Positions 13,488-25,896 of a stretch of DNA of 61,920 nt are shown in pieces. The DNA comes from Octopus bimaculoides (taxonomy: Eukaryota). The position numbers and the translations under genes are program-made. The DNA lies in NCBI RefSeq assembly GCF_001194135.2, contig NC_068991.1, positions 58,952,427-59,014,346 of the forward strand, in the 5' to 3' direction. The notes beneath the pieces are model-generated. The model saw only the letters and a list, made by a program, of their open reading frames with translations, was not told the DNA's origin and made no database searches. The first letter of the stretch is position 1. Every line of letters starts with the position of its first letter.

Positions 13488-13711
13488 CAGGGTAGCCCAA
13501 AAGTAGATTTACAGTTATTCAGCTATCTCTTTCGCATTCATATGTTATTCATAAAAACAAATATATGAAACCGTTTATCTATGCTAATTCAGTTAATTTT
13601 GTCAAGCTCTCTTTTCAGTTTGTAAGATAGAAACTTAAATGTAATAAAATGTTTTAAAAGAAATTTAAAGTGCTTACGTGCTAACTGTGAACCTACTTTT
13701 GGCCCATCCTG
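13488..13711. mobile_element. Tc1/mariner-type MITE (224 bp)
   Basis: About 30-bp TIRs CAGGGTAGCCCAAAAGTAGATTTACAGTTA / TAACTGTGAACCTACTTTTGGCCCATCCTG flanked by TA at 13486-87 and 13712-13. Confidence 0.85.
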
Positions 13712-13794
13712 TACATATACTGAAACTATGAGTTTTCACGAATGCACTAACGAGATTTCCGCCGAAATTCTAATTTAGAAATGAATAGGTCATT

Positions 13795-13876
13795 TGGGAC
13801 GGCTACGGGCGGTTCAGTAACCTTAACCAAAATTAATTTAGGGTGCCTACGGGCGTGTTGGTAACGAAAGGGTTAA
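13795..13876. mobile_element. Possible piggyBac-like terminus (single end)
   Basis: Ends GTAACGAAAGGG followed by TTAA (13873-76), with subterminal repeat CTACGGGCG twice; no matching left end seen. Confidence 0.45.
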
Positions 13877-14428
13877 ATCATTACCAATCATCTGATCACT
13901 TCTACCCGATCATTTTACAAAATAAAAACTACCTCTTTTAAAGTATCCTGTCTCCCTATGGTGGTTGTACAAGTTGCAAGTATATGACTTGCCGAAAGGA
14001 CTGAGAATAATTAAAAGTTTTCGCTGTAAACTACTGAGATCATAAGCAACAATGACGTACAATCATTGAGGTCAAGATTCAGTACTAATATATCTCAAAA
14101 TATGTATCTTAAATAGACAACGTTGCTTGAGTCTACTCAGCTGCAAATGATGACTCACCGTGTCCTGACGTAACTCACTTTCTCTTCAGTTTTCACATCC
14201 TGGATACGCTACTGAGACAAAAATGAGGACACAATATCAAATCCATGTGTCTAAGTTTTAAAGTCGCTCTCGCTCGCCAGTGATGGCTGATTCTATTATT
14301 CGCTACACCCATATATTTGTTTCTGAAGAAAAGCGAGTGTACAATCTAGGAGTTAGTACCTTTGGAAAATATCGCTGTATTTCTCGTCTATCCTCGTTAA
14401 TTCATCACTGGTTAATTCATCATTGATC

Positions 14429-14825
14429 TGGATAACACGGTACGCTCATTGTGAACTGTGTTGCGCTTATCACGAATTGGTCTATGATAACAGGAATCGA
14501 AAATCAGTCAAAGATTCTACGAGGACTGCAAAATAGCGTCCCAGTGATCATCCACAATGTTTGGTACAACGTGGGATCTCGGGATGAGACTTATTTTTCC
14601 TATGTGGTCAATTCTTGATTTATCACTTATCCAGATAATACGGTAGGCTCATTGTGAACTGTGTTACGCTTATCACAAATTGTTTGATCTATGATAAAAG
14701 AGGTCGACGATCAAAGAAACCACTAGGACCGAAAAATAGCGCACCAGCGGCTCTCCATAATGCTTAGTAAAACTTGGGGTCGCAGAATGAAACCTATTTC
14801 AGCTATTCATTTATCAATGATTTAC
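14429..14825 (+). repeat. Diverged 203-bp tandem duplication
   Basis: GATAA.ACGGTA.GCTCATTGTGAACTGTGTT.CGCTTATCAC at 14431 and 14634; similarity continues through both units. Confidence 0.85.
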
Positions 14826-15655
14826 GGTGCTTTGTGATGGTGGAAAACGAAACACCTGTGATTAACGTGAATAGATGTAAAGTTTTTGTTATTGTCGCAA
14901 ATATTTTCTATATTGTTGTTGCTGCTGTAGTTATTAGTGATGATGTCTTCTTCTTTATGCTTGTTACTGTTTTCCCTATTTTTGAGGTCGTTGTTGATTT
15001 GTTTTCCTGTTGTTGATATTTATGACACTTTTTTGTTCAACTTTTCAGTGACATTCTCAACATCTTTCCTGTTGGACCTGTCGCTGTTGACATCATTATT
15101 ATTTTATTTTCCACCTTCCATTTCAATGTTTTTTTCTGAATATTATGTTATTTTCTCTTCTTCTTGCCACATTTCTTCGAATTTTTAATGCTACTGTTAT
15201 TTTTCTCCATCTTGTTATGGTTCTTTTCCCTGTTCCTATTTTATTTTTTTATTGCTAAACTGCACCAGTGTTGACAGAGTTAATATGACACGTACATATA
15301 TTTTTTGTAAATTTTCTCGAAAAAAAAAAGACCTTCGGGAGAAGTTTCTTTTTACTTTGACAAGCGAATTTATCAAGGCAGACGACAGGTTTAGCATCAC
15401 CGCCGCCATATTTGTAATGGCTGTATCACATTATTCCTACTGCGTCAAACGTCAGCCCCGATGACATCGTTAATAGACATTTTTTGACCGCTCGCTTGCA
15501 AACGATACTTGAAAAATAGCTGTGTTTTTTCTAAATTTCGGTATGATACACCGAGAGATCTCAGTATCTCACCTAAAGAGAGTAGTGTTTCTGAGCGAAT
15601 ACGTTTAAGCGATATAGCAATACAAATTCCAGCATTCACAGGAGAAATTTACAAT

Positions 15656-15715
<60 letters not shown>

Positions 15716-16341
15716 NNNNNNNNNNNNNNNNNNNNNNNNNNNNNNNNNNNNNNNNNNNNNNNNNNNNNNNNNNNNNNNNNNNNNNNNNNNNNNNNNNNNN
15801 NNNNNNNNNNNNNNNNNNNNNNNNNNNNNNNNNNNNNNNNNNNNNNNNNNNNNNNNNNNNNNNNNNNNNNNNNNNNNNNNNNNNNNNNNNNNNNNNNNNN
15901 NNNNNNNNNNNNNNNNNNNNNNNNNNNNNNNNNNNNNNNNNNNNNNNNNNNNNNNNNNNNNNNNNNNNNNNNNNNNNNNNNNNNNNNNNNNNNNNNNNNN
16001 NNNNNNNNNNNNNNNNNNNNNNNNNNNNNNNNNNNNNNNNNNNNNNNNNNNNNNNNNNNNNNNNNNNNNNNNNNNNNNNNNNNNNNNNNNNNNNNNNNNN
16101 NNNNNNNNNNNNNNNNNNNNNNNNNNNNNNNNNNNNNNNNNNNNNNNNNNNNNNNNNNNNNNNNNNNNNNNNNNNNNNNNNNNNNNNNNNNNNNNNNNNN
16201 NNNNNNNNNNNNNNNNNNNNNNNNNNNNNNNNNNNNNNNNNNNNNNNNNNNNNNNNNNNNNNNNNNNNNNNNNNNNNNNNNNNNNNNNNNNNNNNNNNNN
16301 NNNNNNNNNNNNNNGTGGAGAAAAGTGAGATGAAGCTATGA

Positions 16342-16379
<38 letters not shown>

Positions 16380-16390
16380 GTGTGTGTGTG

Positions 16391-16421
<31 letters not shown>

Positions 16422-17620
16422 GTCTGTCTGTGTGTGTGTCTGTGTGTGTGTGTGCGTGTGTATTGTGTAGCTCAGTATAGAAAGTATGTGTATATATGGA
16501 TGATGATGCTGACCTAATACTGTCTAGTACAATCACTCATGAAGCCCACATATTCAAGTCGACTAGGTGTTCAGATTCTATCCTAAAGCATGCTGCAGTA
16601 AGTTTCATTCTTACTCGCCAAGTTTCCATACAGTTGCGCAAAAGTCACGAAATACCACGCCCAATGCCGTGACTATCAATGTTTTCAGTCATGCTCTTAG
16701 TATCCCTGCAATCCCTGTACATCTGCACCAGAGTGAGGACTGATGTGTAGAGCCGTAGTTCGACCGTAATCACAATAATCCCATATCTATCCTCATAAGC
16801 TCTTTCTCCGTCGATGTAGCACGCATCTGCCAGAGCTACCTCCTTCTATTCCAAGTTCCTCTCCGTTCTTTATTATATACAGAACTATGTAATCATTCTC
16901 CTATTAGATAAATTCGTCGGGCAAGGATGCACTGCCTTTGTGACATACATTGCCCATTTCTTCTCGTTTTGATTAGATTCACTGGTGGAATGTCGCATTT
17001 AGACTCATGATATTTGTCATGAGTGGAATGTTCTTCTTGATGTTATTACTGCTGTTATTCGAACTGTATATTTTTTTATACACGAATTAATGTTTCCCCA
17101 TCATTCTCTTTTTCTTTCTTAAATTCTACAATTGAACGTGTTACATATCCACATACAAACATCACACTGATGCTATGTTTGTATATATTTACTTTATCAT
17201 TGCTTTTAAAGTTTCGTTTGTTTATTTTATTATTATTTTTTCTTTCTTTTTTTCTTGGAAATGATTTGCTGGCGCGTTTTTTTACGTTATTGACACAGAA
17301 GCCAGCACGTGAGATTTGTAACACTCTTATAACTCCTTAGGTGACAAGCTTGCAAAGTTTGTACACTCTGCAAATGTCTGCTTCACACCCATACCATAAA
17401 CAGTTGAAAATGTCTAAACACAAAACTTTCCACTACCTCATCTGGTGGAGTAGGCGCTTAAACAATGCGAAGCCCTACAGCTAATAAGACTGAAGCAACA
17501 TAAATAATCTTTTCTTATCATAAAGTAAGCAAATTAAAAAATATTCTATGACAGAGTTCTTTTACAGACATCCGTTCACTTCTTACAATTCTTATCATTT
17601 GCAGCATTCATCCATCATCA

Positions 17621-18262
17621 CGTTCTGAGTTATAATGTAGCTGAGGTCTTCTTTGCCATTCATCCATTTCGAGGTCGATAAAATAAGTACTTGTTGAGCA
17701 CTGGGGTCGAAGTAATCCACTGTCCTTGTAGCAAAATTTGAAACCTATTATAAATATAATTATATAAGGCGGCGAGCTGGTAGAATCGGTAGCACATAGG
17801 GCAAAATGCTTACCGGCATTTTGCCCGGTTTTACTTCTGAGTTCAAATTCCACCGAGGTCGACTTTGCCTTTCATTCTTTCGGGCTCGATAAGATAAGTA
17901 CCAGTTGAACACTGGAGTCGATGTAATTGACTTATTCCCACCTCTAAATTGCTGGCACTGTGCCAAAATTTGAAACCACCATTAAAAAGTCAGTGGGTTG
18001 ACAGAATCGTTAGAACGCCGAAAAGAATGCTCAGTTGCATTTCGCCTGTCTTTATATACCGAGCTTAAATTCCACCGATGTTGATTTTGCATTTCAGCTT
18101 TTCATCGTTCAGCACTAGGGTCGATGTAATTGACTTACCCTATTCCCCTAACTTGCTGGCCTTGTGCCAAAATTCGAAGAAATCATTGAAATGGCAGCTA
18201 GTAGGCAAAATCGTTACCACCCCGGAAAAATGCTAAGTGGCATTTCATCCGAGATTACGTTC
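17621..18262 (+). mobile_element. Head-to-tail cluster of four SINE family B copies (GGCGGCGAGCTGGCAGAATCGTTAG head)
   Basis: Units at about 17621-17745 (5' truncated), 17767-17978, 17990-18180 and 18190-18262 (3' truncated); shared GAGTTCAAATTCC.CCGAGGTCGACTTTGCC and GTGCCAAAATTTGAAAC. Confidence 0.85.
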
Positions 18263-18745
18263 ACAAACGAATGCACAAATGTTTATGTGCTCCTTGACTA
18301 CCCGCCCAGCAACCCTTCTCCCGGAAACGTTGCACATATAGTACTACTGCATACATTCCAACGCTACAAGAACAGCGTCCCTAAAACATTCGCACATTTC
18401 CCGTACACACTTTCCTGAAAACACTTGTCCTCATGCAACGCTCCCAGAGTGGGGGTTTTTTTGTGCCAAACAACATAACACGTAATTTCACCCCTGATCG
18501 TCTTTTTCATAGAAAAAAAACAAAAAAAACGGATGTGTTTTTTCAACAATAGAGCAGTCGTCATATTTCATTCCATAACTTCCATCTCTGAAGAGCGCAG
18601 GGTTATATAATCGGGCTGTTATCTAACACTCCGTTGAACCCCTACTGCGAAACAGATTGGTAAAATCGGTCTCTTAATGGATATATAATACTTGTACACT
18701 CCGATTAATATATATGTGTAAATATATACATATATATATACACAC

Positions 18746-19088
18746 GTGGAGACGCAATGGCCCAGGGGTTAGGACAGCGGACTCGCGGTCATAGGATCGC
18801 GGTTTCGATTCCCAGACCGGGCGTTGTAAGTGTTTATTGAGCGAAAACACCTAAAGCTCCACGAGGCTCCGGCAGGGGATGGTGGCGAACCATGCTGTAC
18901 TCTTTCACCACAACTTTCTCTTACTTTTACTTCCTGTTTCTGTTGTGCCTGTAATTCAAAGGGTCAGCCTTGTCACACTGTGTCACGCTGAATATCTCCG
19001 AGAACTACGTTAAGGGTACACGTGTCTGTGGAGTGCTCAGCCACTTGCACGTTAATTTCACGAGCAGGCTGTTCCGTTGAGCGGATCA
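18746..19088 (+). mobile_element. SINE family D with tail X
   Basis: A box TGGCCCAGGGG (18758), B box GGTTTCGATTCC (18801), same body as 12968-13265 but tail matching 3349-3570. Confidence 0.85.
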
Positions 19089-19459
19089 ANNNNNNNNNNN
19101 NNNNNNNNNNNNNNNNNNNNNNNNNNNNNNNNNNNNNNNNNNNTATATATATATATATATATGCACGCTGTACTCATAAGCCATATGTATGTATGTGTAA
19201 TGAATTGCCTTGTTTTTAATTGCATTGATGTATCTTAGTTATCATTTCCATATAATTACAACAAACGTAATTGTTGTTGTTGTTGTAGTTGTTGTTGGTA
19301 GTATTTATTACATTGTGTTGGTCTCATTGTTTCATTTTTTAAATAATAAATATTTTCATCATGTTGTGTACTTCATCATCTTCGTCGTCGTCACTGTTCT
19401 CCTCCTCCGCTCCTTAACCTTCTCCTACTCATCACCTTCGCGCTCCTCCTCCTCCTCCT

Positions 19460-19492
<33 letters not shown>

Positions 19493-19671
19493 CATCATTT
19501 TCGCCATCATCATCACTATATTCATAAATAAATGTCGTTTGGTTCATCGTTTTATGTTATTGAATGAGTAAAAATTCATGTGTTGTTTTATTTTTTCAGT
19601 TGATGTGTTGATTGTTATTGTTGTTTTAATTTTTGTTCTTATTAGCAATATTATCGCTGTTATTATCAAAA

Positions 19672-19850
19672 AGGCGGCGGGACGGTGGGCTAGCAGAATT
19701 GCTATGACGCCTAGCAAAATGCTTAGCAGTATTTGGTCCGTCTGAACGTCCTGGGTTCAAATTCCGTCGAGGTTGGAGTACCAGATGAGTACTTCGGTCG
19801 ATGTTCCCCGCAAAAATGTCAAACCTTGTGTCTGAGGTAGGAAAAATTAT
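19672..19850 (+). mobile_element. SINE family B, degenerate
   Basis: AGGCGGCGG...CTAGCAGAATT...AAATGCTTAGCAGTATTT...GTTCAAATTCCGTCGAGG. Confidence 0.75.
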
Positions 19851-21497
19851 GAGCATTCTAGCTGTTCGATCTCTGAAGACTACTGAAAAAACTCGGGAGA
19901 TTCGGCCGTTATGTCACTGCTGGACATCTGTCACTGAGGAATCTATAGCAGGCTGAAATTACGAGATCTGACTGTACCGACTCTAGTCTGTCAGCGATAT
20001 AATGTTAAGTATTTTTATGCACCACACGTCTTTTTGTGAGATCCTCTCAAGGTAAGTAACGCAGTATTCTATGTTCTAACACAATTGCCGCGTTAAGATG
20101 GGGATCAAGAATAACACAAGTGTATGTGATAGAGAATTCCTCAGACGAAATCAGCGTGACGTGGCTTGTAAGGAACTAGTAGTCTGGTTTATAGATGCAA
20201 GCTATTCGACCGTCTTCTGCAATTTCCGTCTACCCAACTTCACTCGCAGAACTGCCGTTCACGTCTAGGTATTCTAAAAGATACTTCACAATGTTGCTAT
20301 ACACTGAGACCGAATATGTGATCTCGTGGTCATGAAGCAGACATCTTACCCATTCAATCATGAATTCACTTCCCCATTGCATATATTAAACTTCCCAGTT
20401 TTCTCCTCTGGCAGGATATTTTGTATGCCTTACTTTTTTCATGCTGCCAGCCGATAAGTTCATCCCGGAAATTGAACTTACTCTGCCTCGACTCAGCTGT
20501 TTCAAGAGTCTTTCTACTTTGTCTATGTATGTGTCTAGTTTATAACTCACCTCTGGTCCAAACTCACTATCGCAATTCCATCGTGTTAAAAGATCCATAC
20601 ATCTCCCGCTTTTACAATTGTCCGAAGACGTAACTACTTCCGATCGAACTCGCAACTCCAAACTCTCAAAAATTAAAAGGAAGAAAAAGCAGAAATATAA
20701 AATAAAAACTAGTATGCATACAGTCATTCTTTGCTGAAATAAAAAAAAAAACCTGCTAAAATTGCTATTATTACGCCTCCGTAAAGTTATAAACCCACCT
20801 TCCTCCTCACCGTCATCATCATCAACAGCAGCTCCATAATCATCTTAATCATCGTCATCATCATCATGATCATTATTATCAACTCCTGATCCATTATTAC
20901 TTCTAGTACAACAACAACTACTACGACTATAACTACTACTACTACAACTACTACTACTTCTACAAAAATAGCAAAACAGCCTAGATGTTTAATTGTAGGG
21001 AAACGATCGCTAATTGAAGAATATGTCTCTTAGAAGCATTGGAGCGATATGAGAAAATTATATCGTATCGTATTAAAGGGGGAAAATGAAAGTACAATAA
21101 TACGTGAAATATACATAAAAACGTTAATTTCTTTAGAAATTTTATTGTTTTTCTTTGTTTTTCTGTTGTTCTTGTTATTATCATTTGTATTTTTTTGCTT
21201 GTTTGTTTGTTTTTTTTTTGCTCTTTCTTCAACACTTTGACAACAGCCAATTCTGCCACACCAACTTCCAGTAATTAAACATAAACGATATATTCATATT
21301 CTTAAAATATAAGACCAATTTTTGACCAATTATCAATCGTAGAATTCCTGGGATAATTGCCAAATGGCATCGTCTTTATCATTAGTAGTAATGGTAGCAT
21401 TAGAAGAAGAAGAAGAAGAAGAAGAAGAAGAAGAAGAAGAAGAAGAAGAAAAAGAANNNNNNNNNNNNNNNNNNNNNNNNNNNNNNNNNNNNNNNNG

Positions 21498-21528
<31 letters not shown>

Positions 21529-21973
21529 GGATGAGGATGAGGATGAGGATGAGGATGATGATGGTGGTGGTGGTGGTGGTGGTGGTGGTGGTGGTGGTGT
21601 TGATGATGATGATGATGATGATGTTGATGATGATGATGATGATGGTGTTGATGATGATGATGATGATGAAAAAAGTAAGAGAGGTTGGCGAAGGACGCTG
21701 ATAAATGACTGATAATGTTCCTCATCGTCATCATATATACTTTCGCCTAAAAGCAATGATGATTACAATCGCATATTTCTTGCCGAGCTGCGAGAATTAT
21801 GATGGAAGTAAATATTATTTCTTATTGAACCTCCTAACTCAACGCTTAGATGATGAGACGGGGAAGGAATGTGTCATCAATAAAACTAAGATAAAAGAAG
21901 GAATGGTTAAATATGAACTCGGCAGCGTGAAATAACATAAATTTAGTTCGGTTTGCCTCCGTTATTTTCTCAG

Positions 21974-22032
21974 TCCACTGCCCCACCTCCGCCTGTCAGC
22001 AGATGAAAATGTTGAAGGAAATTATATGAACG
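21974..22032 (+). CDS. Candidate 59-nt internal exon
   Basis: Acceptor TTTGCCTCCGTTATTTTCTCAG, donor ACG|GTAATT; only one open frame (PLPHLRLSADENVEGNYMN). Confidence 0.25.
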
Positions 22033-22149
22033 GTAATTATAATGGGATTTTTTTTGTTTATTGGCGACGGGGGCCCATGATGTTTGGAGAGTGAAATTAA
22101 TGTAGAAACAAAAGTACAATCGGTTGGATTTCAATGAATATGATTTTCT

Positions 22150-22241
22150 ATCTTTTATAAGCGTCAGTCACTGGACGCTGGCCATGCTGGGGCATCGCCT
22201 TGAAGGGTTTGGTCAACCAAATATCGACCCCAGTACTAATT

Positions 22242-22279
<38 letters not shown>

Positions 22280-22592
22280 AAGTCTGGTATATTATTTTAT
22301 CGTTTTCTTTTGCCGAACTGCTATGTTACGGAAATGTAAACGAGCCAACTATGGTTGTCAAACGGTGGTGTGCGACAACCACAAGCACAGTCACACACAC
22401 ATGTGTGTATATATAGAAATGTGTGTGTATGTATATATACGACGGGCTTCATTCAGTTTCTGTCTACCAAATCTATTCACAAGTCGTCCCGGGACTGCAG
22501 CAGAAACCACTTGCCCGAAGTGATGCACAGTGGAACTGAAACCCAAACCACATGGTCGGGAAACAAGATTTTTGACCACATAGCCAGGCCTG
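22150..22592 (-). mobile_element. SINE family A, full length, with internal 35-nt poly(T)
   Basis: Head at 22590, CORE-like region, internal (CA/TA)n and standard tail, all alignable to 39159-39530. Confidence 0.8.
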
Positions 22593-22650
22593 ACAATCAA
22601 AAACACCAATAATAATTAGGGAACCGTTTAGATATCAACTGAATGTAAAC

Positions 22651-22846
22651 CAATGGTTCTCAAGCTTTTTAATATCCAGACCATATCCCAAACCTGGATA
22701 TTTTTAGGGGGCTGCACCAAAATAAGTAAAACACAAAGTAATCAACGGAACATTTATCATGGTTCTAGAGTGAAGACCACTGGTAGCCGCCGGAAGAACA
22801 CTTGGACGCTGCATGCGTCCCAGGGAGCCGCGGTTGAGAACCGCTG
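22651..22846. mobile_element. hAT (Charlie-type) MITE (196 bp)
   Basis: TIRs CAATGGTTCTCAAGC / GGTTGAGAACCGCTG; 8-bp flanks ATGTAAAC and TTCTAAAT (5/8 match, nTnTAnAn pattern). Confidence 0.7.
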
Positions 22847-23539
22847 TTCTAAATTCTGAAGCAGAATGTGAAACAAGCTGCACCCCAGACAACCCATGTG
22901 GTGATGACTGAATCTTATTTTCACTGATTCCTATCAATCAAAGCCAGATCCAGTGCACACCTACGCTATGACATTTTAGATAAGTCATATATTGTCTTAA
23001 TGCATCTGCGGTAGAATGAACATATTGGTACGTTCTGTACTACACTATCGAAAGCAAGAGCGAGTGTTTTCGAAATTTTTAGCTATGTATTTAGAAGAAT
23101 TGTTAAGAATAATATAGTCTATTGCGTCACCTTCGTTTTGGCCCGTTCTCAGTAGTGTCACCACTTCTTAGCTCACACAACGGTCAGTTGCATTAGGCAT
23201 CTATTCAGACTTGTGTGGTGTATTACACTACGGTTCATAGGATGTTCCACTCATCTGTGTCTATTTTTCATTCGTGGCGGCGGCGGTGTAGATAGTAATG
23301 GCGGAGGTAGCAGGAGCGGTGACGCCAGTGGGTGATTATAGCGGCGACGGTGGTGGGAAGAGGAGCAGATGACGTATGGCACTGTAGAACTATTTTATGA
23401 TGTCAAAGTAAATAGATTTATGCATTTCTGAGATGAGTTAAAAACTAATTAAAAGCAGTTTAAAGAAAGTACTTAAAATGCAAAAAAGTAAACAGCATAT
23501 ATAAGACTGACTGTAATGACATGATGTATATGCACACAC

Positions 23540-23587
<48 letters not shown>

Positions 23588-24021
23588 AACGTCGGCGTAT
23601 ATATCTTTATGTGTGTATGCATATTATTCTTACACATAATTATACTTGATCGACTAAACTTATATATGTATGTATAAATGTGTATATGTGTGTGTGTGTA
23701 TGTATATAGATGTATGTATGTAAATGCTTATGTGAGAGGGTTGAGAGTGTGCGTGTGCGTGTGTGTGTCTGTGCATGTGTGTGCATGTGTGTGTCTGTGT
23801 GTGTGTGCATGTGTGTGTGTTTGCGTGTGTGTAAGACCACTTCATATATTCCACTTATTATTTCAGATAATTTCACTAAAAAAATGTCTCTTTTAAAAAG
23901 CTTTTTGCTCATAATTTTCTTTCCAGAATAAAAAAGAAAATTATAAATAAATAAATAACTACAGAAATCAATTTTTATATTAAAATTACATGCACATGTG
24001 TGCAGCAATGATACATAAGGG

Positions 24022-24086
<65 letters not shown>

Positions 24087-24087
24087 G

Positions 24088-24130
<43 letters not shown>

Positions 24131-24134
24131 GGAT

Positions 24135-24300
24135 ATAGCACAGGTGTGGCTGTGTAGTAAGGAGCTTGCTTCCCAACATCATGGTTCCGAGTTCAGTCCC
24201 ACCGCGTGGCACCATGGGCAATTGTCTTCTAGTATAGCCCCGAGCCGATCAAAGCCTTGCGAGTGCATTGGGAAGACGGTAACTGAAAGACGCCCGTCGT
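24135..24300 (+). mobile_element. SINE family A, 5' half
   Basis: GGTGTGGCTGTGTAGTAAG...GTTCAGTCCCACCGCGTGGCACCATGGGCAA...CCCGTCGTATAT. Confidence 0.85.
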
Positions 24301-24452
24301 ATATATATATACACACACACACACACATATATATATATATGTATGTATATATATATATGTATATATATATACGCACAAATACAAATGCTACTCTCATATC
24401 TTCGCAAATTCTCGCCTGTAAACACCCAGCAAAGTATGAAGAATGAACATTA

Positions 24453-24530
24453 GAAACTGCACGCGTTATCAACGAAACGTTTGGTGAGGAAGTGACTAAT
24501 GAGTGGTCAGCTCTAAAACAGTTTAAACGA
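24453..24530 (+). pseudogene. Mariner transposase N-terminal HTH fragment
   Basis: Translates ETARVINETFGEEVTNEWSALKQFKR, similar to the mariner motif ETARxINxxFGExxxxERxAxxWFKRF. Confidence 0.6.
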
Positions 24531-24559
24531 GATCAGCGACTGTGGGTCGCTTTAAAAGT

Positions 24560-24785
24560 ATCGGTAACCAGCTGGTAAAGAAGTTTACCTGGGCTAAAAG
24601 TCAAGTCTTGTGGTATTATAGCCCATTCGAGTCGGGAGTTCTTGTTGAGTAAGTTATATCCAGGCATAGGTGGCTTATCTGGTATCTCTAGAAGAAATTC
24701 GTCCAGATTCCGTTTAAAGGTGATGGGATTTTTCTCCTCTTTGATCCGTTTTGGGATAATGTAAAATTGGGCAGAGCCTATTGAA
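24560..24785 (-). mobile_element. CR1/L2-group LINE ORF2 3' fragment
   Basis: Minus translation IIPKRIKEEKNPITFKRNLDEFLLEIPDKPPMPGYNLLNKNSRLEWA, homologous to the 44420-44900 and 49633-50027 copies. Confidence 0.75.
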
Positions 24786-24845
24786 AAAAAGAAATTGTGT
24801 TGCAGTGTATTTTTGTGTTGTGATCCTAAATTGAGTAGGGGATGT

Positions 24846-25004
24846 GGGCTTCTTTCAGTTTCCGTCTCCTAAATCCACTCACAAAGCTTTGATCGGTCCG
24901 CGGCTATAGTAAAAGACACTTAGCAAATGTGCTACGCAGCGGACTGACCCGAAAACGTGTGACTGGAAAGCAAAACGTCTTACCACACAGCTGCGCCTGC
25001 GCAT
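24846..25004 (-). mobile_element. SINE family A, 5' half
   Basis: Reverse complement of the family A head and CORE-like segment. Confidence 0.8.
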
Positions 25005-25116
25005 ATATATGTGTGTGTGTGTGTGTGTGCATGTATGCATGTATGTAAGATTCACACTTATTCACACCGATTTAGTCACTTAGCAGCCTTATTTAGTTAG
25101 CCGTGGTTGTACTGAC

Positions 25117-25150
<34 letters not shown>

Positions 25151-25695
25151 NNNNNNNNNNNNNNNNNNNNNNNNNNNNNNNNNNNNNNNNNNNNNNNNNN
25201 NNNNNNNNNNNNNNNNNNNNNNNNNNNNNNNNNNNNNNNNNNNNNNNNNNNNNNNNATCTATCCAATTAGATATCGGTGCAACATGAAAAGAAATAGAAG
25301 ACAAAGCATTAAAGTGGAACAGAGTGGCGCACCCTGTAGTAATAATGTTATCTACACGGTCATCACGTCCCTCTTGTGCGTGCGTGCGTGCGTGCGCCTG
25401 TGTATGCATCGTATGTCCATTTTAGTGTATTGTATATGTGTGTGAAGGCAGTGTGTGTGTGTGTGTGGTTTGCTTATTAAAGCAGTGACCCGGAAATGGA
25501 GGTCAGTTATACTTCTTTGCTAAGCAAGTGACTGGTCTTAACAATAATTTTGTTTGTGTTCAAAGCGACAAAACAGTCACACGCACGCACACACACACAC
25601 ACGCACACGCACACACACACACTCACGTTCACACACAAATACACACGCACAAACATATAGGCACAGACAGTACATATTCTCACACGTCATATATA

Positions 25696-25733
<38 letters not shown>

Positions 25734-25896
25734 TCACTCATATTGGAAGCAAACATAAGCGCACGGACACGCACTAACACGCATATGTGCGGGCAGCCAA
25801 ACACACTTGTAGAAGCATACATGTCTGTGTGGGTGGCTGTGTATGTATGTACCAAAATATATTTACCTATGATTGTAATATATATATGTATATTGT

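Noticed and set aside
18746-18825. tRNA gene calls for SINE heads (also 13190-13265, 9620-9696, 44953-45030)
   Set aside because: A and B boxes are present, but each continues into a SINE body and tail and I could not fold a full cloverleaf.
25320-25345. TACAGGGTGCGCCAC Tc1-like TIR start on the minus strand
   Set aside because: The partner end is absent or lost in the adjacent gap; too short to call.
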